Of a DNA stretch of 64,000 bases, positions 37,479 through 51,287 are shown one piece after another. The DNA comes from Lama glama. Lineage: Eukaryota. Position numbers and translations under genes: made by a program. Location of the stretch: contig CM052817.1 of assembly GCA_028534125.1 (NCBI GenBank), forward strand, positions 82,896,001 to 82,960,000, in the 5' to 3' direction. Numbering within the stretch: position 1 is the stretch's first letter; each line of letters starts with the position of its first letter. The notes under the pieces are model-generated. The model had not been told where the DNA came from. It saw only the letters and a list, made by a program, of their open reading frames with translations, and ran no database searches.

Positions 37479-40400
37479 CTAAAAAGCTGATTAAAAAAGC
37501 AATATAAGGATTTCATATGAGGGAGGGACCTGGATATCCTAATAAATCCTTCTTACGCATCCACTTTCAGTACCACATGGATACTCTGCGGTTTCTCCTC
37601 ACCAGTATTTTCCCTGCTGGAAATTGTACCCCATTTGTAATATTTACCAGAAGTGGTGTGGAGCTAAGAGAATACGTGATTGTAGGATTTCTATATAGAA
37701 TTCAGAATGACCTTTTGACCCTTTATCCAAAATTAGGATATGGTTTCAATAAATTCTCTCTTCAAAGTCAAAATTCATAATACAAATCCTTAGCCATTAA
37801 TTAAATCTCTTAAACTTTACACCTCATTCCTCATATCCCATCATTGTCTCATTTTTTGTCTAGATTCCAGAAATTGTAAGTCAACTTACAAATCAATCCT
37901 GCAGACACTTTGCAAAAGTTCAAGGAGAGCAAAACACACAACAACAAAAGAAATCTTCATGAAAGATTCAGCTTACTCTCTATAATGGAATATATATTAA
38001 AAGAGAGTTGTTGTAGCAATTGAGTGGTTCACAGTGGTTGGACACTGGAAGCAATCATTAAGTTATTATTCCTTAAAAATAAGACTCTTCCTTTTGAGGC
38101 TTGTGCCTCTTTGAGGCTAATTAAATTTGGAGGCTATAACCAGACAGAAAAACATTTTTCTTTTAACAAATAGTTGACCCATCTCTATTGAGACTCATTT
38201 AAATACAAAAATCAGTGTCATAAGTTAGAAAAGACAAAGTATGCATTAATGCTAGTGAGAGGTTTACAGCAGAAATGTAAAGATCACTTGCGTGTTTATC
38301 TACTTACTCCATTAATTTGTAAATGAGTATTCACGAGACACCTGTTGTGAATCCTAGACTAGAAGTAGGCCTGTGTATTGTCCAAGTCCATAAAGCAAAC
38401 GTTTAGAACGTTAGAATGTTTAGAACGACTTGATGTTTCTTTGTTTACACTTTTACATATTTTTCCCCAATGCTGACCACCAAGGGTTACCCAGAGGAAG
38501 GAAACAGGATTTTTTTTTTCTTTTCAGATCAAGATTTTCTGTGCTACAAATGAAAAAAAAAAGTGTGTGTGTGTATATATGTATGTACTTCCTTTCACAT
38601 AACTTTTGAGTAGTTTCCTTCAAGAAAGCACATATTAATTTCTGCACAACCTAGAATCCTGAGTCTGAGTCTAAACCCTATAGAAACTGCAAAAAAATTA
38701 AATGACAAAACAGATGTCATTGGAAGACAAATGTAGTCCAATTAGAAACTAAAGATCAAATTAAGCAAGGCTTGTAACTTTCATGGTGAATTTTTCTTCT
38801 AAAAAAAAATCGAGTTGTCAGAGCAAGCATGTAAAACAGAAAAAGTCATAAATTCACTTATTGTTAATCATACTCAGGAATCCAGAAATGTGACAGTTGT
38901 TATGTGGATATATTTCAATACTGTTTCAATAACAGTAAAATTGAATAATGTTTATTTGACACCTGATTCACCCGGCTTTAACATTGTAGTAAAAAAATTA
39001 ATCAAGAAAAAGCGAACTTGGGAAAGATCAAAGTAATGTCCATTGAGATTAACCATACAAACAAAGATGGATTAAAAACAAACAAAACCTTGAGGGTGAT
39101 TAACATTAGATATTTATTCCTTCTGGATTCAGAACAACAACACTCCATATGGCAACAAGAATGTTGTCTCTAGGTCAGTAGATCATAGATCAGGGTTCAC
39201 AATATTTAGGGCTGCTGAAGGCTATCGTGGTCTAGCAGTCTAAGCAAAAAGAAATTGGATTTTGAAAAATGTTATCTCTTTAATTAAGTCACTCATTTAA
39301 TTGAATTTCCATACATGTTCCTGAGTAGTAGAAAAAACACAATGGAGTTAAAAGAAGGAATCATTCAGAATTTGGGAATTATACGAACTGCACACTGCTC
39401 TATGTATGCTGCAAAAATCTCAGTGTTAGATAAAATATATGCAGCCACTTACACTGGACTTGAAATAAGAAATTTAAATGGAGCTAAATATTTCAGAAAA
39501 TCCAACATAAAAAGAAAAGAAGGGGGAAGGAAAGGCAGGAGGGAGGGAGGGAAGGAGGAAGGGAGTGAGGGAAAGACGCTGAAAAGAAAATATATGGGTG
39601 CACTATTCTATCAAGTGCAGAACATAGGATTTCCAGTCATATCTAAAAATAATACCATGATAAAAGTGTGATAGTCAAGAGTTCTGTATTCCATCTTTAA
39701 AATGTTGCTCCACTTGACCCACAATACATAAATTTTACTAACGCTAAGTAAAAGTAGAAATCATGCATAATTTTGTAGTTTTCTAATATATAACATTTCT
39801 TAATTAAAATGAGGAGTTTCAGTCAAATATATAAGTTGCTTTTCCATAGAAAATACTAAAACTATTCATGAACTTTTTAATGTTAGAATTATTAAATATC
39901 ATAAAATTTAAAAATCTTTTAATCATAAACTGAATAGTTAGTGAACTACGAAATATTTACTATTGATATTTGCTTAAATGTGTATTTTATATTCTAATGT
40001 AGATAAAGATGCTTTATTTTTTCAACAAGTGGGGAGAAATATATATTAAAAAATGAGAATTTTAATACTCTAAAATACCTGTCTTGAAATATGCAAAATC
40101 TCTTAAATTTCCATTATAAATCACTATTCCAAAATTGAACCTAGGAGTACTCTGAAATAATTTACAACATTTTACTTGAAACAACATCTACTTATTACTT
40201 TCCATATTAATAGACTATAAAAATTTCTCATTTAATCATACCTTTCAACTTTAACATGTCTGCTCATTTCTGAAATTTTTAACCCATGTTCAAGAAAAAT
40301 CTTTCTGTATTAATTGTATTGATCTCTTTCATGTTTTTTAAAAGTTCAGCAGTTCTTCTAAGAATAATATTTCACTTGTCATCCATCTTACTTAATTATG

Positions 40401-40500
40401 ACTCAGAAATTGTATGACTGATGTCAATTTGTTTGTCTCCTCAGAATGAATTTGTGTAAAAAGATTCCCCAGTGTGGGGAAGAGATGTAAGCTATCCTAA

Positions 40501-40715
40501 TGTAGATGATCTGCTTGTGTCCCCAGACCTGGGGTCTAGTACTTGTATCTGTGACTCTTCATCCAGGGCTTTGTCTTAGCAAGGGGCAGCCCAGTAGGGC
40601 AGGGGAGTTTAACTCCCTCCCAACCCTGGCAGTCTTTCTCATTGATGAATGGGAACTGAAGAATAAATAACCCGGCTTCCACTCTCCTTGAGTGTACAGT
40701 GCAAGATAAATATTT
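40501..40715 (+). mobile_element. LTR16-like ERVL fragment
   Basis: tgtagatgat start; ggggagtttaactcc...attgatgaatgggaactgaagaataaataacccggcttcc. Confidence 0.55.
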
Positions 40716-40719
40716 AGCC

Positions 40720-41700
40720 CCACTTTTCCCCCATTTTTGGTCTCTCCTTTATTGGTTTTTGCTTCTTTAACCTTTTGAAGGACTTTTTAAAATGTCTATA
40801 TTTTACATTGTTTTATTTTCTTAATTACAATTATTTACAGTCATCAACAGCATTCTCTGTCCTCATAAGGGATAATATTTTTTATTCACCAGTGATTGCA
40901 AACTTTTTCTAATATAACTTGCTAGTTTGTACTTTAACTTATTTAAAGTTATTTTTAAGCAATGAGTGCAGAAATGTTACCTAAACAGCATATTTTCTGA
41001 AATGCTATCCAAAAATATTTGTAATTTTTTGTAAGTATGTATCTTCATGGGAAGATGTATAGTCATTGAGTTTCCTTTGCTACTTCAAAGAATTATATTG
41101 ACAGATGTTCCCCTACTATCTTTAGCGATCTGTAAGTAGGAGATCATTTTGTAACTTTTATTAATAATGTACATTTTACCTTGAATTCTAGTATAATTAA
41201 TATCTTGTAGTAAATATAATTTTCCAGGATCTCTGTTAACATCATCTTCATTCACTTTATTTGGTTGTAAATACTGACTCCTCTAAATCTTCCATCTCAT
41301 GTCTTATTTTTCAAGTTTGTAAGTTTCCTTCTACTACAAAACTGAATTCTCAGAGCACTTCTCCACATCAATTCCACCTAACTGATTCAGTTTTCTGTAG
41401 TGTCAAATCTGCTTTTCACCACTCTAGTAAAGCCTTAATTCTGTGCACTCATTTTTCATGGCATTGCTCTCCCTTATTAGTCATGTGTTTTCTTCTTAAT
41501 TCAGACCATTCTTACTGGTATACATATAGAGAAGCAACCCTTTTCTAAAACCTTTTAAATTCATAATATAATAAATCTGTGAGGCATTCCCCCTTGGTCA
41601 TATACATTATCACAGACTAGATTATATGTTTTTGTTTACTAATTTTTCATAGTGATTTAATCTTCTTTGGCTGTCATTTTGGTGTTTTGAGCCTCCCCTA
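40720..41700 (-). mobile_element. HAL1/old L1 ORF1-like fragment (antisense)
   Basis: T-rich degenerate block including actgattcagttttctgtagtgtcaaatctgcttttcaccactctagt...ttaattctg. Confidence 0.45.
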
Positions 41701-42120
41701 ATTTGCCAAACTTAGTATGAGGATGAGGAAAAGGAAAGTGTGGATATTTTACTCTTCATTTTCTACCACCTTCCTAAATATTGGCAAAAGGCTCTCTCCC
41801 AGACCTGAAGGCAAAGTCTCCTATTGCATTGGGCGTTCCAGACTTCATCTCAGAGCTGGTATTTAACAAATGCCAAACCCACTCATACATCGAATTCTCA
41901 ATCAAAATCCCTGGGCATTTGACAAAAGATCCAAAACCTGGCAAGATGAAAGCTCAAAAACTAAAGAGAAATAGTTAGAGGAGATTTAAATGATTGAAAT
42001 TTGACTAGAACACAGCAGTACTGGGCTAGACAGGCCAGAAGCATCTTTTCATTGTGTGCCAGAGAAGTCTGTGTGACACTAACCCAGAGGATGTCACAAA
42101 ACCTTATTAATTACCAAAAA

Positions 42121-42147
42121 CAACAACAACAACAACAACAACAACAA
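42121..42147. repeat. (CAA)9 microsatellite
   Basis: Directly visible. Confidence 0.95.
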
Positions 42148-45100
42148 AAAACCATCCACAAAAACCCAAAGGTATCAGAGTTGGGTAATTAGGGCACCTG
42201 AGACATCAGTTTGGGAGACATTATAATAAGGTACCAGATAAAATAATAAGGTACCAGGTTTCTGAGATAAATGGATAAGAAAACTGTATGTTTCTTTCAG
42301 AACCTGGACTATGCCCTTTTAAAAATTTTCTGTGTAAGTTACACTAAGATCCTTTCCCAAAAGACTTTTCCCTTTTTCATGGTTTAACAAAGTTGGATAT
42401 TACACATGTAAAACCATATAAATTAGAAACCCATAATGAATGAGAAACTGGAATGCAGTTATCCATTTCTCAGACATGGATTTTTTTTTTTTAAAAATAA
42501 GATGAACAAGTTGAGAAGAGAGAGAATTTAGAAAGGAAATGAAAGATTCAAGCCCTCTGCTCAATTCTCTGCTTTAGTTTCCATGTGATAAAAAGGGATA
42601 GAATATGTTACAGTTCAGGCTGATAAGCAAAAGACTTTGAAAGTGAAAAGAACCCTTCCTTTTTCATGTGTTATTTTGCTCAGTGATTTTTGGAAATTCA
42701 TGTTGATGTGTTATCTTTATCTTTAAACTGGCTTAATCTTAAAATCTTAATCTTAATCCTCAGTTTTCGAAGACTTTCTATTTACGGTTCACGCGAAAAG
42801 AAGTCTTAGGGAACAAGAAAACATTTTCCATCATCTAGCTGTTGTCTGTGTTGATGTATAAAAACTGAAAACATCTTGAATTTCAAAGGTTAAGACAGTC
42901 ACGTAGAACTGATGATAAAGCATTGTTTTGACTACTAATGATAAGTCACAAAATTAATAAACGATTATTATTTAGTCAATATCAAAAATAATATATAAAC
43001 TCCAAACATACACATTTAACCACAGAACAAATACATTTTATACTATCGTATCAATTTTAAAGTAAAATGTTTACAGATGGGACTATTCAACTTGCAATTA
43101 CTTTAAGTATGAATGACTGAAGATGTACAGATTAAAAGATGGTCAGCTAATAGTATCATATAATTGAGTTTCTACTGGGTATGCATACAGCAGTTAATTC
43201 AGTCCAGACTAACTAGCACTTAGAGAAAGTAAAATCAACTTTCTTTTTATTTGGGCAACATAAATTCTCCTCGCCTTTTTTTCTCTAACTGAAGTAATTT
43301 TGGGTTGACTACCACTTTGGCAATGCTACTTTTACTCTATTACACAAAATTATTGAGGAGGATACCTTTCAAGTGTAATTTCTACACAGGTAACATTTCT
43401 TAAAATTTAAACTTGCCAGTCCAAAGTAGAATAAGTGTTGATAAAGAAGCAGAAACATTCTCCACAGTATCATGCCATCTGTCCACCAATTGTATATAAT
43501 CTCTTTTCTTCCACTGAGCCAGGACTCACTTTTGCACCATTAAGACCCAGAGTGAATCATTGTTGGTACAGTGACATATCCAGCTAACCAGACATGCATA
43601 CAAGTTCAAAACTACAAACATAAGAGTAATGAAACCTTAACTCTTCAAAGTACTTCTTAGTCAAAAATGCAAAATAATAGATTTTTAAAATATAGTGTGG
43701 AATAATTTCCCAATTCACCTACCTAAAAATAAAATTCTTTGCCAGTAAATTTCTGAAACTAATGTAGTTCATGGGATACTGATGAATTAGTATTTTAGAG
43801 ATAGGAAGTTGTAAGAATTCAAATTAAGATATCTACTCTCTCACTTGCCAGTATATTTCCAGACTGCATGATTCCAACATATAAATCTACATTAACCTCA
43901 CTTCCTTGGTGAGATCATGATGGACTGACTCAAGTCTGTAATCCATTATGATAATTCATATAGACATTATAACACTCTATTGTCATCTAGACATCATCTC
44001 CTGGGTGGATAAAGCCACAAATAAATCTCAGGTCAAAAATAAGTAAAAGACAGAAAGAGAGAGAGAGAGAAAATTTTTTAAGATTTTAAAAATTGTTTTA
44101 GTCCAAAATTCATTTTTTTAAAGCTTCTGAAGCACTCTGCATCTCTTGATCTATAATGATCCCTTTAATTTGGCTTTCCCGCTGTGCATTATAAATTCAG
44201 AGTAAACAATTATTGAAAAAATAATGAGGTTCAGATTAAAAGTCCGCAAACAATAACATAATTGACTATCTTAATAAAATCTTGGAAATAAGCACCAGCC
44301 CAGACGCCAAGGAGCATAAGGTAAATCTAATGAAGACCTGAGGAAAATCAAGCATCAGCTCATGGGAAATGCAAAACTACCCAGCCTCTCTTCTATTATC
44401 CTTGCTTAATCTTCTTCAGAATTAGGTCCCTAGGGTAATTTCAAGTATGTATTCTAAAGTTAATCGCTCTTTTTTTTCCCCCTAGACTTAATGATTGGAG
44501 GGTAGTAGGAAAAATAGAACTAACATTTTTACATGTGAAGAAAGTATTCAGATTATCCATATTTAAAGGTTGTTTTCATGCACATTTAATGGTTTTAGTA
44601 AAACCACATTTCAATGACTAAAGTAATCTATCAAATTCAATTTTACTTCCAGAGTTATTATCCACCACAGTGATAACATTAGAGTTACACTGCACATTTC
44701 TAAATTATAAAATGTTATAAATTTTTTATAGAATGTTCTAAATTAATACTTAATTTTAGCTACATTAATAATGCAAAACTAGAGAAAAGTCTTGGAGAGT
44801 GTAATGCATACTATAAATACTAAAATTTCAATTCAATGAATAAATAATTTAATTGCACAATGGCATAACAGTCATGTTACAGAGCAATTTTAATAGCTTG
44901 AAAGACTTCACTGATCTAAATAATAAATACCAACTTTCACTTTTCTAAATAATATTTTCTCAAATAAATGATTCAAATTAAAGTTAGCACTAAACGATTT
45001 GAAAAAAGTTTAATTTAGAAACAGTGCATAAGGCAATTTAGATAGAAAAGATCACTGATCACTGATTGTAGCCTATTAGAATGCAAACAAAACTGGGTGG

Positions 45101-46244
45101 GAGTCAGGAATGGGTTCCAGTGGTTTGGGTAAACCACTTATTTGCCCTAAGACGTGTTTTCCTCTTGAAAATTTTGAAGGCCCTTTCTAGCACTGAAAAT
45201 GTTTGCTTATTAAAGAAAATTCTACACCACACCTATCAGATTGCAGATAACAAAACTCCTGCCAAGTGTCTGGAGAAGATTTTAGGAAATATCTCTAACA
45301 CACTACTTACAAAAATGCAAATTTTTAAGACAATACTGGAGAGGAATTTCTTTATATCTAATATACAAATATTGTACGTATATTGTATATATTTTATATT
45401 GTGCATTTCATTTGTATATAGAATTATTAAATGTATTATATGTGCACAAATGCATTGTCTAATTAAGACAGTTTTAGACTAAATAGACCAATTTTTTCAT
45501 TAAAACTAGATCATCTGGAATAGAATTTACTATGGTAACAATAAGAAAACCTTCCCTAAATTTAAAAGCATTTTCATAATTATCAACCACTCTATGACGT
45601 AATTTTCTCATCTGTAAAATATATATTCTTATGGCTGATATAAAAGATAAAACAAGAGAAGTTCTGAGCACACTTGGCTCTCTATAAAAAGAGACAGCAA
45701 CTGGTGGGGAAGAAAAACTAGTTTCATGGAAGGAATGTAGGTTTAGAACCACAAAGTTATCAACAAAGAGGTAAAGCTATCTAACCAGCTAAATCCATTC
45801 TTTTATCTGTAATCCTATCTTTTATCTTTATCTCTAGAGATAAAATATTTCTTATTCTTTTCTTCAAAGTAGGAATATCATAGCTCATCTTCTACCAGCA
45901 CAGACCACTTCAGCTCAACCTACCATTGCACACCCGGCTTCTGATCTCACAGGTCTGCCTGATGAATACAACGCAGTAAGTGTCTGTTATGACTGGTCAG
46001 TGCCTGAGCCCTACTGGCTGTTAAGTATTTAGATATTTTGAGTATCATCCATTCTTAATTAATGCTTATATATTCAACTTTTTATTATCTTGGGCAGACT
46101 ATTTAGGAGTCAAGGGAAAAAGAAAAATAATAAATGATACTGGTAAATAAAAATTTCTATAACTTTGTGAAAAATACCTACACATTTAAAGGTCTGCACT
46201 TGAGAGGGCCTGCATAATAAATCACAGACCTCACATATGGGAAT

Positions 46245-46535
46245 GACATAAGTTACAAAAAAGATAAAGTGATCAGATGAATACTCATATACACTTTTCC
46301 TATATTCACCTCTGGTTAATATTTTATCTCATTTGCTTTTTCATTCTTTACCTGTTTACCCATCTATACACATATCTGTATCTTATGTTATGGATGTGTG
46401 CATATATGCATAAATAAATAATTTTTGAACCATTTAAGAGTAATTTCCATATACCATTATCCTTTATCCTTGAACATTTCAATGCGTATTCCCTAAGAAT
46501 AAGGATATTATTTTACATAATCATAGTACCAAGTT
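46245..46535 (-). mobile_element. L1MC4/5-type 3' end (antisense)
   Basis: gttaatattttatctcatttgcttt...tttttgaaccatttaagagtaa...aatgcgtattccctaagaataaggatattattttacataatcatagtac. Confidence 0.8.
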
Positions 46536-46574
46536 ACATTTATTTTTGCAATTTAAATTTTATTTAAGAATACC

Positions 46575-46790
46575 CATATAGTAGTTAGTCTGTTTTAAGC
46601 ACCATATGAAGCCTGGCTCCACCAAATACTGACTGTATGACCTTGTACAAATGACAATTCTCTGTGCCTTGATCAGTTTACTCATATATGAAATTAGGAC
46701 AATAATACCCACTTCAAGTGGTGCCGACAGCAGAGTATTATGTAAGTGTTGCTAAGTACAATGTAAATTGTAAGACTAAATACAGTTTCT
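46575..46790 (+). mobile_element. MIR SINE
   Basis: cctggctccaccaaatactgactgtatgaccttgtacaaatgacaattctctgtgcct...ctcatatatgaaattaggacaataatacc. Confidence 0.75.
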
Positions 46791-48719
46791 ACTGTGCTTG
46801 CAATTAGCAGTTATTTGGGGTTGTCCATGAGCTCCTTCACCTGATTATCAGGTTCCAAAGCTCCTCTCTACTCTCAAATTCCATGTCACAAAGTTTCACT
46901 GGAGAAAATCTCCAAAATCTAGTGTTTCAGGGCTCGTTCCGCCCACCATCCTTCTGCATCTGAATTCTGACAGTTTATTTATACTCTTCTGGCATTAATC
47001 CCCAGGTTTTTATAATAACATGCAATGAATCACATGCCCCCTTTTAAGTAACTCTGGCACAAAACTCTATAAATTTGTTAAATATGTATGCCATTATAAA
47101 CAGAGAATGAAACTGTGAAGGCAGCAAGACATGAGGATGGAGGAAGGCACCCTACAACTTTGTTTCTGACTTCTAAGTTCTGTCAAAATTATCATTTATC
47201 TCATTCAATGTCCCAATTTCTGTTAATATTATCAGTGCATATGAGCTAGTGACCCTGCTAGTTAGCAAGTGTCCTGAAGGTAAGTAGGATGCCTTATTTA
47301 TTGTTAAATCTATCTCAAGTACCTTGTACAACATTCCATCACACAAAGATGAGAACGGGAGAGACAGCTAGAGGAACGAGCCCAGGCTGAGAGTGACCCT
47401 CAAATAAAGGGACAGGCTGGTAGTTGTGCAGAATTCAGTAATGCATGGGGTAAGGAGGGGAGTAAGACTTTCATGTGATCTGGCCAGGGTTACTGATGAT
47501 GTCACTGAGGTCAGGAACACAAGTCAGATATGACATTGCTTGAATAGCCCATGGCCTGTTCAAACTGGCAGGTCCAACAAAGAGTTGGATGTAGATGAAG
47601 AAGCCAATGATAGGCAGATAGATTTAAGAGTTCTCAGCATAAAAGAATCACGTGAATCCAGAAAAAATAGAATGATATCAAGGCCAATCTAAAAGAAAAA
47701 CATGAGTTATTTCTATATGAACACAAGCTAATAAAGAAGTGGAATAGTTAGAGAAAGGGCAAGAGAAAGGAAGGCAGATAGAAAAGGAACAGAGTGCAGA
47801 GACCACTGAAGAGAAAAGTGAGCCAGGGCAGCCCAGGAGAAAAGCTGGAGAGCTGGCAAGGCAGAGGCCACGGTGTCAGAGCTGTGGGGGAGGAGACCTA
47901 GCCAGAGACTAGTGCTCCATTGAACAAGAAATGCCACACACAAAACGTGTTTGTGTTTTTACAGTTCAGAGTGTCTGTAAAACATTTCTCATTACATTAA
48001 TTTCCAGTGGAAAAAGTAATATACCTTTCAAAACACCAGATTTGTAAATGCCCAGGAAAGTCTAATTTCTGCCATCCTCATAATGTCCTGTAATAAAAGA
48101 TGAAAAAAGAGGTCTTTACAAGATGTTTGGAAATAGAATAAGCAGTGAGGAGAAAATTTCCTTTTCCTTTTAAACAAATTTGAGAATGGGCACACTTCCA
48201 ACTAATAAAAGAATGTTTACTTCCACCAGGCCTATCCAGATGACTGTGGTTGCAGCTCTCGACAAGCTTACCAAGCAATCCTTTGTCTCAGAAATGCTTC
48301 ATGTCAATCCGTGCTACTGATAAGATACACAGGAAGACAGGCAAGCAGATAAGCTCACAAGACTCAAAAATATGACTAAGCATGGGTATGCATCCCATAT
48401 GCATTTTTATCCCAAGAAGAGCCATTTCTACTTATGAGAAGTAAATCTACCAAAAGAAGCCTGATTAGTGTCAGTGATTAATCCACAAATAAGAATTAGG
48501 TATGCTGTAAAAGCAAAGGGCCAGGCTTACTTCTCATTCTTCACCACATACATCACAAGTCATCCACTGTATCAGTTAGCATCAGCCATGAATTTAGGAA
48601 ATGAAAAGAGAGATATGATTGAGTAAGCACAAACGATTGAGTAAGCATGCCTTCTGAGCTGCAGTCCAACATATTTTGTTAATTAAAAACTTGATACCCA
48701 TGTATTTTGACTGTACTGT

Positions 48720-48870
48720 TAGGACTGCGTGGTGGAGTGTAAATGACATGGGACTAGAACTCAAGCCATCCAGGTCTGCAGCCTGCTTTGGCTCTAACTC
48801 TGTGGGTAACCCTGAGCTAAATCCTCTGTGTACACAGTGTTTTTAACGGTAAAGTGAGAAGAATACACTC
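48720..48870 (+). mobile_element. MIR SINE fragment
   Basis: gcgtggtggagtgtaaatgacatgggactagaactcaag...ctaactctgtgggtaaccctgagc...taaagtgagaagaata. Confidence 0.6.
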
Positions 48871-48894
48871 ATTCATTTTTCTCCTTTAAAAAAA

Positions 48895-49070
48895 GACAGC
48901 ATTTTTTTTAAAGGAAATCTTATATGGAGCCCTAATTACTAAAACAGAGACTCTGCACTGTTCAGCTTGAGAGGAGGAAGCCCAAGGACTAGCCTTCCTC
49001 TCCCTCTTCTTCTCCGAAAGCTCCTCTGCAGAATGCAAGGCTTCCTCAGAAAGCGATTCTTACATTGGCT
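48895..49070 (+). mobile_element. MER103C-like hAT fragment
   Basis: aaaggaaatcttatatggagccctaattactaaaacaga...ctgttcagcttga...ctcctctgcagaatgcaaggcttcc. Confidence 0.6.
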
Positions 49071-50379
49071 CATTGATTCAAGAAATCCTTATGAGCAAAC
49101 CATTTATTAATCACAGGGAATACACTGATAGTGAGAATATTCACATTGACCTTAAACAGCACTGGGTTATATGCTCTCTAAGTTCTAACTGGCTGCTGGC
49201 TTCTCAACACTACTCAGGTAGCAAAACGGTCAGAGGCTGGTGCGCGTGACAGGCTCTAAGCCTTGGTGCATTCTTCTTTCTTCTTCAATGTGGTAAAATT
49301 GCTCTATAGACAAGTAAGCATGGGTTCTATGAACTTTAATTATAAAGCTTATCTTATCTCAGCTAATTCTACAGTATTGCCCATATAATTGTGACTGTAT
49401 TAAAATTCCATCGATTAAATTGGCACTTAGAACCAGTATGCAATTGGCATTTTTAAGATGCAAGTTTTTCAGTTCCTCTGTAACATTTTCCAAATTTTGA
49501 GAACCCAGTTCCGTATTTTCATCCCCAGATAGTGAGACTGCTGTTACTGTTCCCCAGCTAAGCCTGCCTTTTTGGAAGTCTTCAAGTTTCCTAACCCTGC
49601 TTCTAGCATATAGAATATATGTGTTCTGATTCCTGTTTCCTCTCAACACTATCATCTCTTGGACAACAGTCAACCAGGCGGACAGACTTATCCAGTTTAA
49701 TGAATTCATACATAACTCTTCCAGTAGACTATGAGAGCATTTTAAAATGATCTTCAAGAGTCAGATCCATCTCAAAGAGGTGACTAAGAAATGAAAATTC
49801 GAAAAAACCTTGAAAATCCAAGGGCACACGTACTTTGGGCCATCAACAACTTTGGGAACTCCTTCACATTTTATCACGTATTTAATCACTGTTTCTCTCT
49901 AAGATTTTTCCCATCCTTGGGGCTTGACAATGTTTATAATAATAAGAATTTTTTTCTTGGTAATTTTGTAAGGGAATTTGACCCCCATAACAGGTTTTCC
50001 TATTTTCTTGATACTTCAAAATACATAGAATCTGAATTGTTCTCCTTAAGTGGACTTTTATATGTCTTTAATTCTCTATTAACTTCTTCATGACAACTTA
50101 CCATTAACTGGGTTTGCCTAATTGCTACTTATATTTAGTAAGAGAGGAATCAATTAAGAAAAGAAGAAGATACTAATTCCATCTCTAACCAGTGATAAAA
50201 CATTTCTGGTGAAGTCAACCAGGAATTTTGAGTGATCTTGACTATCATATACCATACAATTTACAGGATAAAACAAAATCAGGCATACTGATGTCTAACT
50301 ATTGCAAACCTGTAGACTTCCCAAGAATGATTCAGAGCTATTAAATATTAATCACACGTTTTAAGTTCCTTGATGGCTG

Positions 50380-50931
50380 CATTACACTAGGATTTCCAAT
50401 CTCATTTTCATGCAACTCTTTGCCATATGCTCAAATGTGGCCATCTCATTCTCCTACTTAAAACTCATTGACACTTGTTCTGAGAATCTTCATGATCTAG
50501 CCCTTCCTATTTCTCCAGCTATTTCACTTTCTATGCCTGCCTTCTGCTTCCTCTAGCCATTCCCTCTCTCGTTTCTTGGCCCTCAAACATGCTGCCCCTT
50601 CTGCTCTGCTTTGCCTCCTCACCCTCTCCTCATCACCCACTGACTTTGTCTGTTAAGGACGATTCAACCTCACAGGTCTCAGTAGATAGCCCTTGCTCAA
50701 GAAAGTCTTCTGTGCCTCAAGTGGTTTAGATGCCTCTTCCAGTACCTTCTGCTTGCCCTGTCAGCAGTTTTCATAGACTATCACGATTGCTTATTTATCT
50801 GTCTGTAATCTCCCCTATGGTATAAGTAACTTGAAAGCAAGACCACATTTTAAAAGGACACTCTGGATCTCAGCACTGAGTGTCATGACTTGGCATGTAT
50901 CGGGGAATCAAAAACAAATGTGGAATCAGTG
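50380..50931 (+). mobile_element. L2 3' end (L2b-like)
   Basis: catgatctagcccttcctatttctccagct...caagaaagtcttc...ttatttatctgtctg...cagcactgagtgtcatgacttggcatgtat...aaatgtggaat. Confidence 0.75.
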
Positions 50932-50999
50932 GGACAAACTACATTCTACTTATCTGTTTATCTTTTATCTATGTACTTATCTGAATTTCAGCCATTTTC

Positions 51000-51287
51000 A
51001 AGTATGTATATATATATGTATATGCCCACATATACATATACAAACATATGCATAGACATATATACACATAAATATGTAGAAAGAGATATACATAATGGTA
51101 TATGCATTTATCCATATATATGTGGGTATATATACACATACACATGCATATACAATCAATGTGTGTATGTAGGCACTGATGAGTAATTGGTACATGTATT
51201 TGTATGTATGCATACACCCACCACACACACCCACACACGCACACACGTGTGTGCGTGTGTGGGTGTGTGTGTGTGTATATATATATA
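51000..51287. repeat. TA/CA/TG low-complexity tract containing a perfect 50-bp palindrome (51222-51271)
   Basis: cacacacacccacacacgcacacac|gtgtgtgcgtgtgtgggtgtgtgtg, checked base by base. Confidence 0.95.

Noticed and set aside
38300..38365. Minus-strand donor GGA|gtaagt with a short upstream exon
   Set aside because: The sequence looks like a decayed L2 tail and the acceptor is weak.
42001..42192. Poly-Q ORF
   Set aside because: Produced by the (CAA)9 microsatellite; no coding context.
42223..42257. Short direct repeat ataataaggtaccag x2 (similar micro-duplications at 23127-23161, 48617-48647 and 58253-58276)
   Set aside because: Ordinary slippage duplications with no sign of function.
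49359..49757. 132-aa minus-strand ORF with a protein-like middle
   Set aside because: Non-ATG start, no flanking splice signals noticed and no recognisable family.
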